From Haliotis rufescens (taxonomy: Eukaryota): a DNA stretch of 64,000 nucleotides. Made by a program: the position numbers and the translations under genes. This document shows positions 10,290-22,767 of this stretch, in pieces. The notes below the pieces were generated by a model. The model had not been told where the DNA came from, did no database searches, and was given only the letters and a program-made list of their open reading frames with translations. Where the stretch lies: the NCBI RefSeq assembly GCF_023055435.1, contig NW_025963779.1, positions 86,676,001 to 86,740,000 of the forward strand. Reading direction: 5' to 3'. Every line of letters starts with the position of its first letter. Position 1 is the stretch's first letter.

Positions 10290-13200
10290 CAGGCCCCGAT
10301 TTCTCCATAAATTAATTCCATAAACCAGAGGATGCAATGTGTTGATAGCATTGACAGTAAATTAACTATGATTGACAATAAGCTGACATCTCTCGACATT
10401 ACAATGATAGAGACAACACTTCGCGTTGATAAGCTTGAAGCCTGTGTGAGAGAGACTGCATCAGAAAACAAAAAGCTGAAACAACAGGTACGGGAGCTTA
10501 CAGAACAGAGTACCGAGGATCGGGACAGGTTGTCGAGAGATGTAGAAGACGTGTTTTATGACATAGACTCCATATACCAGGAACAGCGAGACCTGAAAGA
10601 ATCTGTTATTGACCTGAAAACACGCTCTATGAGAGATAATCTACTCTTTCACGGGATCCCGGAAATGCCTGGAGAAGAACCTAAAGAGGTAATTAAATGT
10701 TTCTTAAAGAAAGAAATGAAGTGTGACACAGACATTCACCTCTTACGTGTACATAGGATTGGCCCTCACTTATCTAACAGACCACGTACTATAGTTGCAA
10801 AATTTGCAAATCCAGACGAACGGTGGGAAATCCTGACTAACACAAGACAGCTGAGAGAAACGCAATTCGGTGTTAGTGAACAATTTCCTCAAGAGATTGT
10901 GCAGAGACGAAGAGATCTACTCCCCATTTTCAAGGAAGCAAGGAGGCGTGGTTTGAAGTCTAACCTCACTGTAGACAGACTGTATATAGACGGGAGACGT
11001 GTGTACCCAGGAGACGACCCGTTTATAGATCTCACCCCACGAGGCCCTCCCCCCAGCAGGAGATCATACGCGAGTGGCGTCGGTCGGTCAGACAACAGAC
11101 AACCCAACAAGATGGCCAGGACTGGGGACACGGGAGAAAACAGGCCGCGGTAGGAGAATAACCGAGGTCAGCAAACCCGTGAGTCGCCTAACAGTGAAAA
11201 CGTAACTTCCCACGAGAAACTTAAGATACTGTCTCTTAATGTGTGTGGTATTAGGACAAAGCTGTTGAACCCCGATTTTGTGAACGATGTGTCCAGATAC
11301 GATATACTGTGTCTGACTGAAACTAAAACGTGTGATTTAGATGCTGTAAACATCCCAGGATTCTCAGTTCATATGAATAACAGAACTAACGCACAGAACA
11401 CACGTGTATCTGGCGGGATCATTGTAGCCATCAAAGAGACACTATTTGACAAGGTGAGCGTCATCGAAAAGATACATGATATTGTTTTATGGTGTAAGAT
11501 ACCAAGTGATTACCTGCATGTTAACGATGACCTTATCCTAGGAACTGTCTATATACCACCAGAGCAAAGTAGATTTCATTCACCGGAAATATTTACAACA
11601 CTAGAAAATGATATCATTCGTATGTCAAACTGCTCACAGTACATGTGTATTGTTGGTGATATGAATTGTCGTACTAAAAATCTTCCGGATTTTATCATTT
11701 TGGACGAATTTTTATGTGACAATGATATTATTGACGAGGAATTATTGTTTTCAAATGTACAACTTCTAGTTGACAACGGTGTAAAATTAGATAGAATATC
11801 AATGGATACTGAAACAAACTGTAACGGGTATAAACTCCTGGATTTATGTAAAAATAACCGGCTGTATATTGTGAATGGAAGATTAGGCAAAGACAAGGGT
11901 ATTGGTAAACTGACATGCAGAAATGCCAGTGTTGTCGATTATTGTATTGCATCAGCAGAAACATTCCCATTATTAATAGATTTTGAGGTGCAGGAGTTTG
12001 ACCCGATCTCGTCCGATGCACACTGTGGCTTATCGTAAACGTTAGATTGTACAGCACAACAACTATCTCCAGTTATAGATGATGACAAAGATGTACATTA
12101 CATAAAGTTGTAAAAAGATGGGTTCCTGATAAAAGTGAAACATTTTTATGTAATATCGATAAGGTTGCCATTACCCATCAGTGTACAGAATTAGATGCAT
12201 GTAAAGACCAATTAGAGCCAAATGACATTAACCAAATTGTAAATAAACTCTCTCAGACGCTGGTTACTGCGGCTGCAACTACTCTAGGTACTGTAAGAAA
12301 TTCGAGACACTCTGTACATAAGCACAAGCATAAACCCTGGTTTGATGAAAAATGTAAATCATACGTAGATTTTACCACAAGCGTAAACGTATATATGGAA
12401 GGACTAAAGACAGTAATAGCAAAGCTATGTACATTTCAGCTAGTAGAGCTTATAGTAAAACCCTAAAGAAGGCATTTAAGACATATCAAAACAAATGTGT
12501 CCAACAACTGAGGGAATGTAAGGATAGTAACCCTAAGAATTTTTGGGAAATTTTAAAATCATTTGAACCAAAGAAAACAGCAGAAATAATCAGTATTGAC
12601 AAATTTTTCGAATTTTTTAAAGACCTTAATCAAAGTTCTGATGATAATGACGATGTTTTTGCCAATAACACATATTATGATAATCATGATGATATCTTAG
12701 ATTGTAGGATTACAGAAGAAGAAATTATATGGGTTGGATGGTATTTACAATGAGTACATTAAAAGCTCTATTCATGTTATGATGCCGGTTTACGTGAGTT
12801 TTTTAACCTCGTTTTTGACACTGGAGTTTTACCTGAAGCTTGGTTTGTTGGCAAAATAAAAACAATCTACAAAAACAAAGGAAACCAAGCTGACCCAGAC
12901 AATTACAGAGGTATTTCTATCCTAAGCTGTTTAGGTAAATTGTTCACTACACTATTGAATAATCGTTTACAAGCTTACTCAGTTCAGACTAATCTGATAA
13001 GCGAAGCGCAAGCAGGATTTAGGAAAAAATACTCAACAATTGACAATATGTTTATTCTTAAAGCTCTCATTGATATCTATAGAAATCTTAATAAGAAGTT
13101 GTATTGTGTTTTCGTCGATTTTAGCAAAGCTTTCGATACAGTATGGTGGTGTGGTCTGTGGACAAAAATGATAAAGTCTAATATCAAAGGAAAATGTTTT

Positions 13201-14334
13201 AATGTCATATATAATATGTATCAAAATATCAAATCTTGTGTTTCTCGATTCTTCATGTTGTTAAAGAATATGTTTACCTTGGTATTTTATTTACAAACAC
13301 TGGTAGATTCTGTAAGGCACTAAAGAGACTGACAGATCAGGCATCTAGAGCAATGTACGCTGTATTTCGTAAAATTAGAATATTAGAAATTCCTATTGAC
13401 TGTCAACTGAAATTATTTGATTAACTTGTTCAGCCTGTATTGTTATATGGATCTGAGGTGTGGGGTTTTGAAAATGCTGTTTTCATTGAACGTGTACATC
13501 TTAAATTTTGTAAATATATTCTCAAGTTAAAACAGTCAACACCCGATTACATGGTATATGGTGAACTAGGGAGGTATCCTCTCAGCATTTTCATTAAGAT
13601 GAAAATGATTTCATATTGGTGCAAGCTAACATCATCACAAACTAGCCTTTCTAGTATAGTGTATAAACTTATGTTTCAAATGTCCATTGCAAATCCAGAT
13701 TACCATTTCCCACTATTAAAAGAAGTAAAATGCATTCTTCAAAATATAGGCTTTAATTACATTTGGCTGTCTCAAACCTTTATTAGTGCCGCATGGTTGA
13801 AACAAAATGTGAAACATGTTCTCATTGATAATTTTCTGCAAAGATGGCGAGAATCAAAGGAAAATTCATCTAAAGGTTACTATTATAACATGTTTAAAGA
13901 GTTACCATCTCTAGAACCTTATTTAATAGAACTACCAATCACCCTACGTATCTCTCTTGCTCGTTTTAGAACAGCAAATCATAGATTACCTATTGAAACA
14001 GGAAGATGGTATAATATTGTGAGAGAGGAAAGAAAATGTACATTGTGTAAAATTTATGTGATGAAATGCACTTTTTATTAGAATATCCAAAACTCTCAGA
14101 AATTAGAAACAAGTTTTTGCCTCAATACTACTGTATGTATCCTTCTGCCGTAAAATTCTCCCATTTGATGTCCATAACTTATAAGCCATTTCTATTAAAA
14201 CTGGCAAGTTAATTATATAAGATCATGTATGGAAATGTTCCACTGACATGTTTTCTTCATTGTATCTAATTCCTGTGTCCAATTACATCTCTGTATCACT
14301 GAAGTGATTTACGAGAATAAACATCATTCATTCA
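10290..14334 (+). mobile_element. Defective non-LTR retrotransposon (LINE with APE and RT; CR1/RTE-X-like, clade unverified), 5'-truncated at the duplication junction
   Basis: ORF1 10332-11153 has a coiled coil plus the L1-type RRM motif SMRDNLLFHGIPE. APE motifs KILSLNVCG, LCLTET, VGDMN, SDAH. RT motif FVDFSKAFD. C-terminal RFRTANHRLPIETGRW..CTLC. Tail aataaacatcattcattc. Carries stops, frameshifts and a deletion of about 370 bp at 13246 that removes YADD. Confidence 0.92.
10332..11153 (+). CDS. LINE ORF1 protein (likely N-terminally truncated)
   Basis: Heptad-rich N-terminus followed by RRM-like NLLFHGIPE, HRIG, RPRTIVAKF and EQFP motifs. Confidence 0.75.
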   Translation: MQCVDSIDSKLTMIDNKLTSLDITMIETTLRVDKLEACVRETASENKKLKQQVRELTEQSTEDRDRLSRDVEDVFYDIDSIYQEQRDLKESVIDLKTRSMRDNLLFHGIPEMPGEEPKEVIKCFLKKEMKCDTDIHLLRVHRIGPHLSNRPRTIVAKFANPDERWEILTNTRQLRETQFGVSEQFPQEIVQRRRDLLPIFKEARRRGLKSNLTVDRLYIDGRRVYPGDDPFIDLTPRGPPPSRRSYASGVGRSDNRQPNKMARTGDTGENRPR

Positions 14335-14605
14335 GCAACAGTCCTGGTGTTAGGATCTCAGTAACGGTGGCGCCAGGTACGACTGGAGGGCAAAACATTC
14401 GTACAATGAGATTTTTTGCATGTTTGTTTTGCCGATGTATAATTACTGTTTCTTGTGGTGCATACGTGCAGTTCGTTGTATGTTGATACAGTATACTGTC
14501 GTGATTGTCAAGACCCAGGCTCGTGGCCCGTCCTCGCTATACAGCCTTAGAACATGAAGCCGTGCCGTCCAACGGCTAATGGAGGCTAGATTAGATTCTG
14601 CCCCT

Positions 14606-15500
14606 GTATACAGCTCCTACAACCTGGAGCAGGTTGCCACTCCCCCTTTATACAGCTCCTACAACCTGGAGCAGGTTGCCACATCCCCTTTATACAGCTC
14701 CTATAACTTGGAGCAGGTTGCCACTCCCCCTTTATACAGCTCCTACAACCTGGAGCAGGTTGCCACTCCCCCTTTATACAGCTCCTATAACCTGGAGCAG
14801 GTTGCCACTCCCCCTTTATACAGCTCCTATAACTTGGAGCAGGTTGCCACTCCCCCTTTATACAGCTCAAAACATCTAGAGCCGGTTTCCACGTCACCTG
14901 TTATACAGCTCCTACTACCTGGAGCAGGTTGCCACACCCCCTTTATACAGCTCCTACAACCTGGAGCAGGTTGCCACTCCCCCTTTATACAGCTCCTACA
15001 ACCTGGAGCAAGTTGCCACTACCCCTTTATACAGCTCCTATAACTTGGAGCAGGTTGCCACTCCCCCTTTATACAGCTCCTACAACCTGGAGCAGGTTGC
15101 CACTCCCCCTTTATACAGCTCCTATAACTTGGAGCAGGTTGCCACTCCCCCTTTATACAGCTCAAAACACCTAGAGCCGGTTTCCACGTCACCTGTTATA
15201 CAGCTCCTACTACCTGGAGCAGGTTGCCACTCCCCCTTTATACAGCTCCTATAACTTGGAGCAGGTTGCCACTCCCCCTTTATACAGCTCAAAACACCTA
15301 GAGCCGGTTTCCACACACCTGTTATACAGCTCCTACTACCTGGAGCAGGTTGCCACTCCCCCTTTATACAGCTCAAAACACCTAGAGCCGGTTTCCACAC
15401 ACCTGTTATACAGCTCCTACTACCTGGAGCAGGTTGCCACTCCCCCTTTATACAGCTCAAAACACCTAGAGCCGATTTCCACACACCCTTTATACAGCTC
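14606..15500. repeat. 42-bp minisatellite (ortholog 33781-34385)
   Basis: tatacagctcctacaacctggagcaggttgccactccccctt, in four unit variants. Confidence 0.95.
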
Positions 15501-15717
15501 ATCCAACATAGATCAGGCTACCCAGGGTTGCCACACACCCTTACACGATTTTATGCGACCAAAACGTCTTCACCGCCCACAGAACCTAACAGTAATGATT
15601 TCCGTATTCCCCTTTTAGATTTGCCGTAGAATGGTTTTGGTTGTCCAGACTGTTGTCCCCTTTCAACCATCAGTGTAACCTGGACCAGAATATCCCACGA
15701 TTTCTGCTCTATACCGC

Positions 15718-16290
15718 TCATCGAACCTAGATCCTGGCTGCACCTCCTCCCCCTTCACCCCTCATAGAGCCTAGATCCAGGCTGCACCCCCTCTCCCTTC
15801 ACCCCGCATAGAGCCTAGATCTAGGCTGCACCCCCTCTCCCTTCACCCCTCATAGAGCCTAGATGCAGGCTGCACCCCCCCTCCCTTCACCCCTCATAGA
15901 GCCTAGATCTAGGCTCCACCCCCTCTCCCTTCACCCCTCATAGAGCCTAGATGCAGGCTGCACCCCCTCCCCCTTCACCCCTCATAGAGCCTAGATCCAG
16001 GCTGCAACCCCTCTCCCTTCACCCCTCATAGAGCCTAGATCTAGGCTGCACCCCCTCTCCCTTCACCCCTCATAGAGCCTAGATCAAGGCTGCACCCCCC
16101 CCCCCCCCCCTTCACCCCTGACAGCTTAGATCAAGGCTGCACCCCCTCCCCCTTCACCCCTCATAGAGCCTAGATCCAGGCTGCACCCCCTTTCACCCCT
16201 CATAGAGCCTAGATCCTGGTTGCACCCCATTCTCCTCCCCCTTCACCCCTCTTAGAGCCTAGATACATGCTGCACCCCCTCCCCCTTCCG
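15718..16290. repeat. 44-bp C-rich minisatellite (deleted in copy Z)
   Basis: tcatagagcctagatccaggctgcaccccctctcccttcacccc. Confidence 0.95.
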
Positions 16291-17267
16291 CCCTCAGATA
16301 CACATACAAACGTCAAAAGAAGTAGAGGTTCGAAGTAAAACGTGAGCTTGATGCTGTGCTGAGATCACGAGGGTCGAAACATGGCGAACACCTGACAGGA
16401 AGTACAATCTCAGCCCTGTACCACAATGCTCTGCTTCCTGCTAGTGATGACGTCACGTACATCAAGTCGCCTCACTGTAGCAGAGCTCCACGAATTGTAG
16501 ATTAGAAACGGCTTCTTTCAGTAGACTAATCGGATTTACGCTTAACTCAGCTTTGCAAAAGCAGGCTAGACGTAGATGATTAGTTCTTGTCTATTTATTT
16601 CACCTTTCGTTGTGTAAATACCATCTACGTCATTCTATGTATATGTACATAATACGCGCGTATGTGTGTGCGTGTGTGTGTCTGTGTGTGTGTGCATGTG
16701 CGTGTGTGCGTGTATGTGTGCGTGTGTGTACATCATGTTAATAGACATTTGTATAATTATCCGTCAATGTAAATATATATTTCCGGACAGATCAAAAAAC
16801 GTTTTAAATGGTAAATTGAAGGTCATGAAACTGCCATACCAACCCCCTTGACAATGATGGCTGCATAGCGAAACAAAAGGTTCTATTATCAAGATAAATA
16901 ATTTCATGTAACTGTGTATAGTAGTGTTGAAACGATTCATCGACTCACCAATTCACTCCGATATCAAAACCAACGCTACGATACACAACAAGTTACGGGT
17001 GGGTAATTGGACGAGAAATATTCAACATTTAACTGTTTTACACACTTCACATATTCTACAAGCTGACCGACACACTTATTTTCTATATATAGACCGGGGC
17101 GGTGGTGTAGCTTAGATCAAGGCTGCAACCCCTCCCCTTCACCCCCAATAGAGCCTAGATTAAGGCTGCACCTCCTCCCCCTTAACTTCCCCCCCATAGA
17201 GGGTAGATCAAGGCTGCACCCCCTCCCCTTCACCCCTCAAAGAGCTTCAATCTAGGCTGCACCCCCA

Positions 17268-17419
17268 GGCAGTGGGGTAGCCTGGTGGCTGAAGCGTAAG
17301 ATCGTCACGCCGAAGTCCTGGGGCTCGATTTGCCACATGGGTACAGTATGTGAATTCCATGCCAGGTGTGATATTGCTGGAATATTCCTAAAAGCGGCGT
17401 AAAACCATACGCACTCACT
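17268..17419 (+). mobile_element. SINE family 1, diverged (ortholog 35202-35356)
   Basis: Head and tail recognisable. Confidence 0.8.
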
Positions 17420-18589
17420 TCCATGCAGTTTGGGGCTGTATTAGGATTATCAGGGTTTCGCTGCTGTATCAAACTAGCACTCCGTGCGTACAGCTTTACT
17501 CTGGAGTTGTGTAAAAGGGTACGGATTGTGACGTCAGTGAATCGTTCCAGCTCTTCTATTAACTTAACGTAAACGCCTTCCTACTTTCATGTTTTTCTCC
17601 CCAAAATTAGAGGTAGTCATCGAGTCATTTTAAAAGGTTAGAAGACCTAAATTTGCATGAGTCCTAAATACTTCACAAATGAATTGTCCTTCTTCACACA
17701 TAATCAGCACAACATCTTGTTTAAACGTATCTCGCATTACAGCAATCAAACTAGTGTAATCAACGTATTTTCCTTGTGTCTTGTTATATAAAGCTTACAC
17801 TAAAATCGTTGATGACTACCTTTAAGCAGTGAAGCCGTGAAGCCGTGAAGCCGTGATATAACTGAAATACTGTTTAGTCGGCTCGTTCACTGTAATTGAT
17901 AGTTTGTCATTGTATACATGTATATAGTGATGTATCTGGTACATGTACGTACGCTTCATCCATTTGTACATAATGTTTTGTGTATATAACATCATGTCTT
18001 CATCGTTTTAATAATCGAATAAAACAATATCAATATAATCGTTCGTGTGTTTGTATATATCTATCTGAAATATCGGCATGTATGTATTGTGTCATATCAC
18101 TTATCCAAGGTTGTATTTATTAACCAAATGAAAAGTGGTTATAAATTTTTCACACATTGTTTATGGGCAGGCTATCATATTGATACAACAATAACATTAT
18201 TTCGTGGGTACAGAAATTGATTTGTTTGCATGTGATAGAGATACAATCATAAACACATCTAAGGTGTTGACATTTAAATTAAAATTAAAATGTGAAACAA
18301 AATCCTCACTCTCATTGCATGATCATGATATTATGCTATATGCGGGAAAGATAGATCCATATGACCATCACCATCACTTATTTTGCTATTTTGTTTAAAA
18401 TCCGGATTGATTTCAACGTTATGAAAATATGTGGGCATGTATAACATTTTGCTCAGCTGGGCCCACAGAGAGATTCTGGTCAGTAAGACTTTATATTTTC
18501 ATTAAATCGTGTTTGAAAACGTGTAGTTTGGGAAGATGTGGGGTCCGTCTCTACATATGATGATGACAGTGACAACCAGGACTAGCTGT

Positions 18590-19087
18590 TGAGGGAGTGA
18601 GTGAGTGGGCCCGGGTGAGTGGGTGGTTGAGTGAGTGGGTGGTTGAGTGAGTGGTTGAGTGAGTGGTTGAGTGAGTGGTTGAGTGAGTGGTTGAGTGAGT
18701 TAGTGGTTGAGTGAGGTGTAACGACCTTTTCGACAATATTTCAGTTATATCACGGCGACTCAGCTTAATGTGGGAGGCACACCCGAAGTGATGCAGGTCG
18801 TAGATGTTCATTGCCTTGGTCAAACCCACGAACATGAGTATCGTGTCGACAAACCTAGAAACCTAATCATGGCGAATCGGGGTGTGCAACCAATGATCAA
18901 AGGTTTCTCGAAGGCCTCCGCACAGCGAATTGGCCTATGAGCACGGGTATGGTGCTGACAAACCTAGAAACATAATCGGGGCGATCCGGGATTCGAACCC
19001 ACAACTATAAGTCTCTGACGTGCCCAAAGGACGCAACTCTGCACAGCGAACCGCGGCACCTTGGACGACTGGGCCACCCGTGTCCCC
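18590..19087 (-). mobile_element. Composite family-3 SINE with expanded (actc/accc)n tail (5' part deleted in orthologs 207-637 and 36846-37281)
   Basis: Two overlapping family-3 bodies plus a compound microsatellite tail. Confidence 0.75.
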
Positions 19088-21091
19088 TACATTGAGGGTC
19101 TAGTGTGATAGATTATGGTTCAACATCGAGTGACATGTTCCCCGATGATGATGAATGTCTCTGTAAATTATTATTTAAATGCGTTCAGAAGAAACTAAAG
19201 ATAACTCATACCTTATTAATTACACTAATATATGAAGGTCGGTTATTATAATCTACTAAACAATACAGTGTAGTCCAACATGTATTTGGGTGACTGTGAA
19301 CAGTACAAACCGCTACGAGCGTGGGGAAATGCACGGAACGCCAGCATGGGTCTTGCTCTGTGCATAAAACATAAGATTGTGTAGTGAGCGTGTTCTTGCT
19401 GCACCTGTGCAAGGGTTTTCTCTTCTTGTTGGTGTAGTGGTCGACTGACAACTTCTCTTCCTTGTACACTGTTCTTGTGAAATATTAAAAACTCTTCTTT
19501 ATTTCGCTTTCCGTATACACAACACTTCCTGACATGAGAGAGGACGAGTTATTGTTTTGTGAGTGAGCAATGTTTTACGCCCTTGAACGGTATTTCATTT
19601 ACTTCACGACGTGCCAGCTTTATGTGGGAGGAAAGCCCAGTTGATGACTGTTATTAATTGGGTGAAACCCACCAGCTCGGGCATGGAGCTGGCACACCCA
19701 GAAACATGATCAGGGTCCATTTGGGGTTCCAACCCACGATCTTATGTTTCTGACAGAACTCTGCCTAGCGCCTCAAACGACTGGGCCGCTCGTCACACCT
19801 GTCTGACATGACGAGGGAGGGGAACGGAGGACATTCGAAAAATGCAGGTTGTGTGATAGTTTTGACATTGAAGATGAATTCCACTATATTTTTAAATGTG
19901 AATAGGGGCGGTCGGGTAGCCTAGTGGCTAAAGCGTTCGCTCGTCACGCCGAAGACCCGGGTTCGATTCCCGACATGGGTGCTATGTGTGAAGCCCATTT
20001 CTGGTGTCTGATATTGCTAAAAGCGGCGTAAAACCATACTCACTCACTCACTCACTCAAATGTAAATATTTCAATGAACAAAGGGACATGTACATCGAAA
20101 ACACTTTTTAAAAAGACCAAACATGTTACAACTCCAGCAATTATTTGTCACAAGATATCTGTCCAAAACAAACTAAATTTATTAACATTATAATGAAAAT
20201 TGTAAAAAAAACTCCCAGTTAACCTCTGTCCACCGCAATGTAAAATACTGTTTGTACCTTATGTGCCGATGCGCTCGGCCTGAGAGAAATAAAGTGCTGT
20301 TCTATGGTATTCTGGAGCTCTTTGTGTCATCCATATTTCGTCAACTCCGGCTGATTGATATCACAAGTTGTACTTCTTACAGCGCGGATATCTTCCCTCA
20401 CCTATACAAACCGAACACATATATACCAGTAGTTGTGTGAAAATTGATGTGTATAATTTTAACACGAACATTTAACTATCAAATGAGGGAAAAGATTTCA
20501 ATCTGTTTACGGGGTGCTGGAGCAAGCAAACCAGTGGTTGATAGTGTGAGAGTCGTTATAAGAATATACACAGCATACATATAACAAATGGTCGGGACCA
20601 AACAATACGTTCGTCATCATAGGTTCCTTTAAGAGCGTGTTCGTTATGAACATAGTTTACAGCAACTGCATCTACCTAGTGGACACAAATGGACAACAAC
20701 AGGCAGACTTAAGCCTTGCAACGTTTTCCTATCGTTTGTAATTTGTTGGTCAAATCCAATTTTCAAGGGACCATTTTCTTTTGTCCAGCAGTTCACATAA
20801 ATCAATAACAGCAGTCAGTTTCACGTGGCATCAAAGACGATCTCAGCTTTAGTTCACCCCAGTGGTGTCAAAGGTATATTATAGTCCCCGGTCCATATAC
20901 ATAGGAGTTTCACGCCGCACTTAGCAATATTCCAGCTATTTGACGGCGGTCTGTAAATAATCGAGTCTGGGCCAGACAATCCAGTGATTGGCATCATGAT
21001 CATCGATCCACGCAATTTGGATACGATGACATGCATCAACCAAGTCAGCGAGTCTGACCACCCGATCCTGTTAGTCGCCTCTTACGACAAG

Positions 21092-22767
21092 CTCGTCACC
21101 ACTTGGCTAAAAATGATGCCGATGTGACGTTACATTTTAACCCACTCACTCACTCTCACAACAAGGAAAGTCGCTTTTTACGGTTGGCATGGGTTGCTGA
21201 AGACCCATTCTAACCCGTATCTTCACCGGTATGTTTTGAAGAGAAATATAAAGCCAGTTTTGATATAACAGAATCATCTTGTTCAAACCGCCAACGTTAC
21301 AGCTACGTGTGGACTCGGTATGTATGTTATCAATGTGGACAACAAACCCCGCCTGGCGTGGGCTATTTATAACCACCCCATTCTCGTGTCCTCACACTCA
21401 AACATTTTACAGACGATTCATTGAGTATTGAATGGAACACAAGTTTTTTGTTAAAAAGTAAATGCATACATTAACAACGATGTTTGTTTCATTGGAATAA
21501 TACTTTTGAAAACATAACACGACTAGTGTTTCTAAACGGCGAGTTGGTTATTTCACAAGTCAAACGTTGTTTGCACGTAGAGATCGATTTAGCGCCTGAC
21601 TCATATCAAGAGCACATAACTCTACACAATATTCGCAAGTGTTGATTCAATTATTCGGTAGAGCTCCTGCTAGCTGTACAAAGCCAGTGTTCCCTCCGTT
21701 GGATTTAGCAATGGTGTCTTATGTTAAAATATATAATACACCAAGCCGTTAAGGTTAACCATATCTAAACAAGAACTGATTGAAATAGGAAGCTGAAAGG
21801 GCAACGTGTATAGTCCGTCGGCGATGAAGACTACGTTGTGCCTACGTTGTGTCGACGTTGTGTCTACGTTGTGCCTACGTTGTGCCTACGTTGTGTCGAC
21901 GTTGTGCCTACGTTGTGTCGACGTTGTGCCTCGTCACCACTTGGCTAAAAATGATGCCGATGTGACGTTACATTTTAACCCACTCACTCACTCTCACAAC
22001 AAGGAAAGTCGCTTTTTACGGTTGGCATGGGTTGCTGAAGACCCATTCTAACCCGTATCTTCACCGGTATGTTTCGAAGAGAAATATAAAGCCAGTTTTG
22101 ATATAACAGAATCATCTTGTTCAAACCGCCAACGTTACAGCTACGTGTGGACTCGGTATGTATGTTATCAATGTGGACAACAAACCCCGCCTGGCGTGGG
22201 CTATTTATAACCACCCCATTCTCGTGTCCTCACACTCAAACATTTTACAGACGATTCATTGAGTATTGAATGGAACACAAGTTTTTTGTTAAAAAGTAAA
22301 TGCATACATTAACAACGATGTTTGTTTCATTGGAATAATACTTTTGAAAACATAACACGACTAGTGTTTCTAAACGGCGAGTTGGTTATTTCACAAGTCA
22401 AACGTTGTTTGCACGTAGAGATCGATTTAGCGCCTGACTCATATCAAGAGCACATAACTCTACACAATATTCGCAAGTGTTGATTCAATTATTCGGTAGA
22501 GCTCCTGCTAGCTGTACAAAGCCAGTGTTCCCTCCGTTGGATTTAGCAATGGTGTCTTATGTTAAAATATATAATACACCAAGCCGTTAAGGTTAACCAT
22601 ATCTAAACAAGAACTGATTGAAATAGGAAGCTGAAAGGGCAACGTGTATAGTCCGTCGGCGATGAAGACTACGTTGTGCCTACGTTGTGTCGACGTTGTG
22701 TCTACGTTGTGCCTACGTTGTGCCTACGTTGTGTCGACGTTGTGCCTACGTTGTGTCGACGTTGTGC
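21092..22767. repeat. 838-bp direct tandem duplication private to copy Y
   Basis: ORF pairs 21146/21984 and 21806/22644 are offset by 838. Junction at 21930. Confidence 0.95.
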
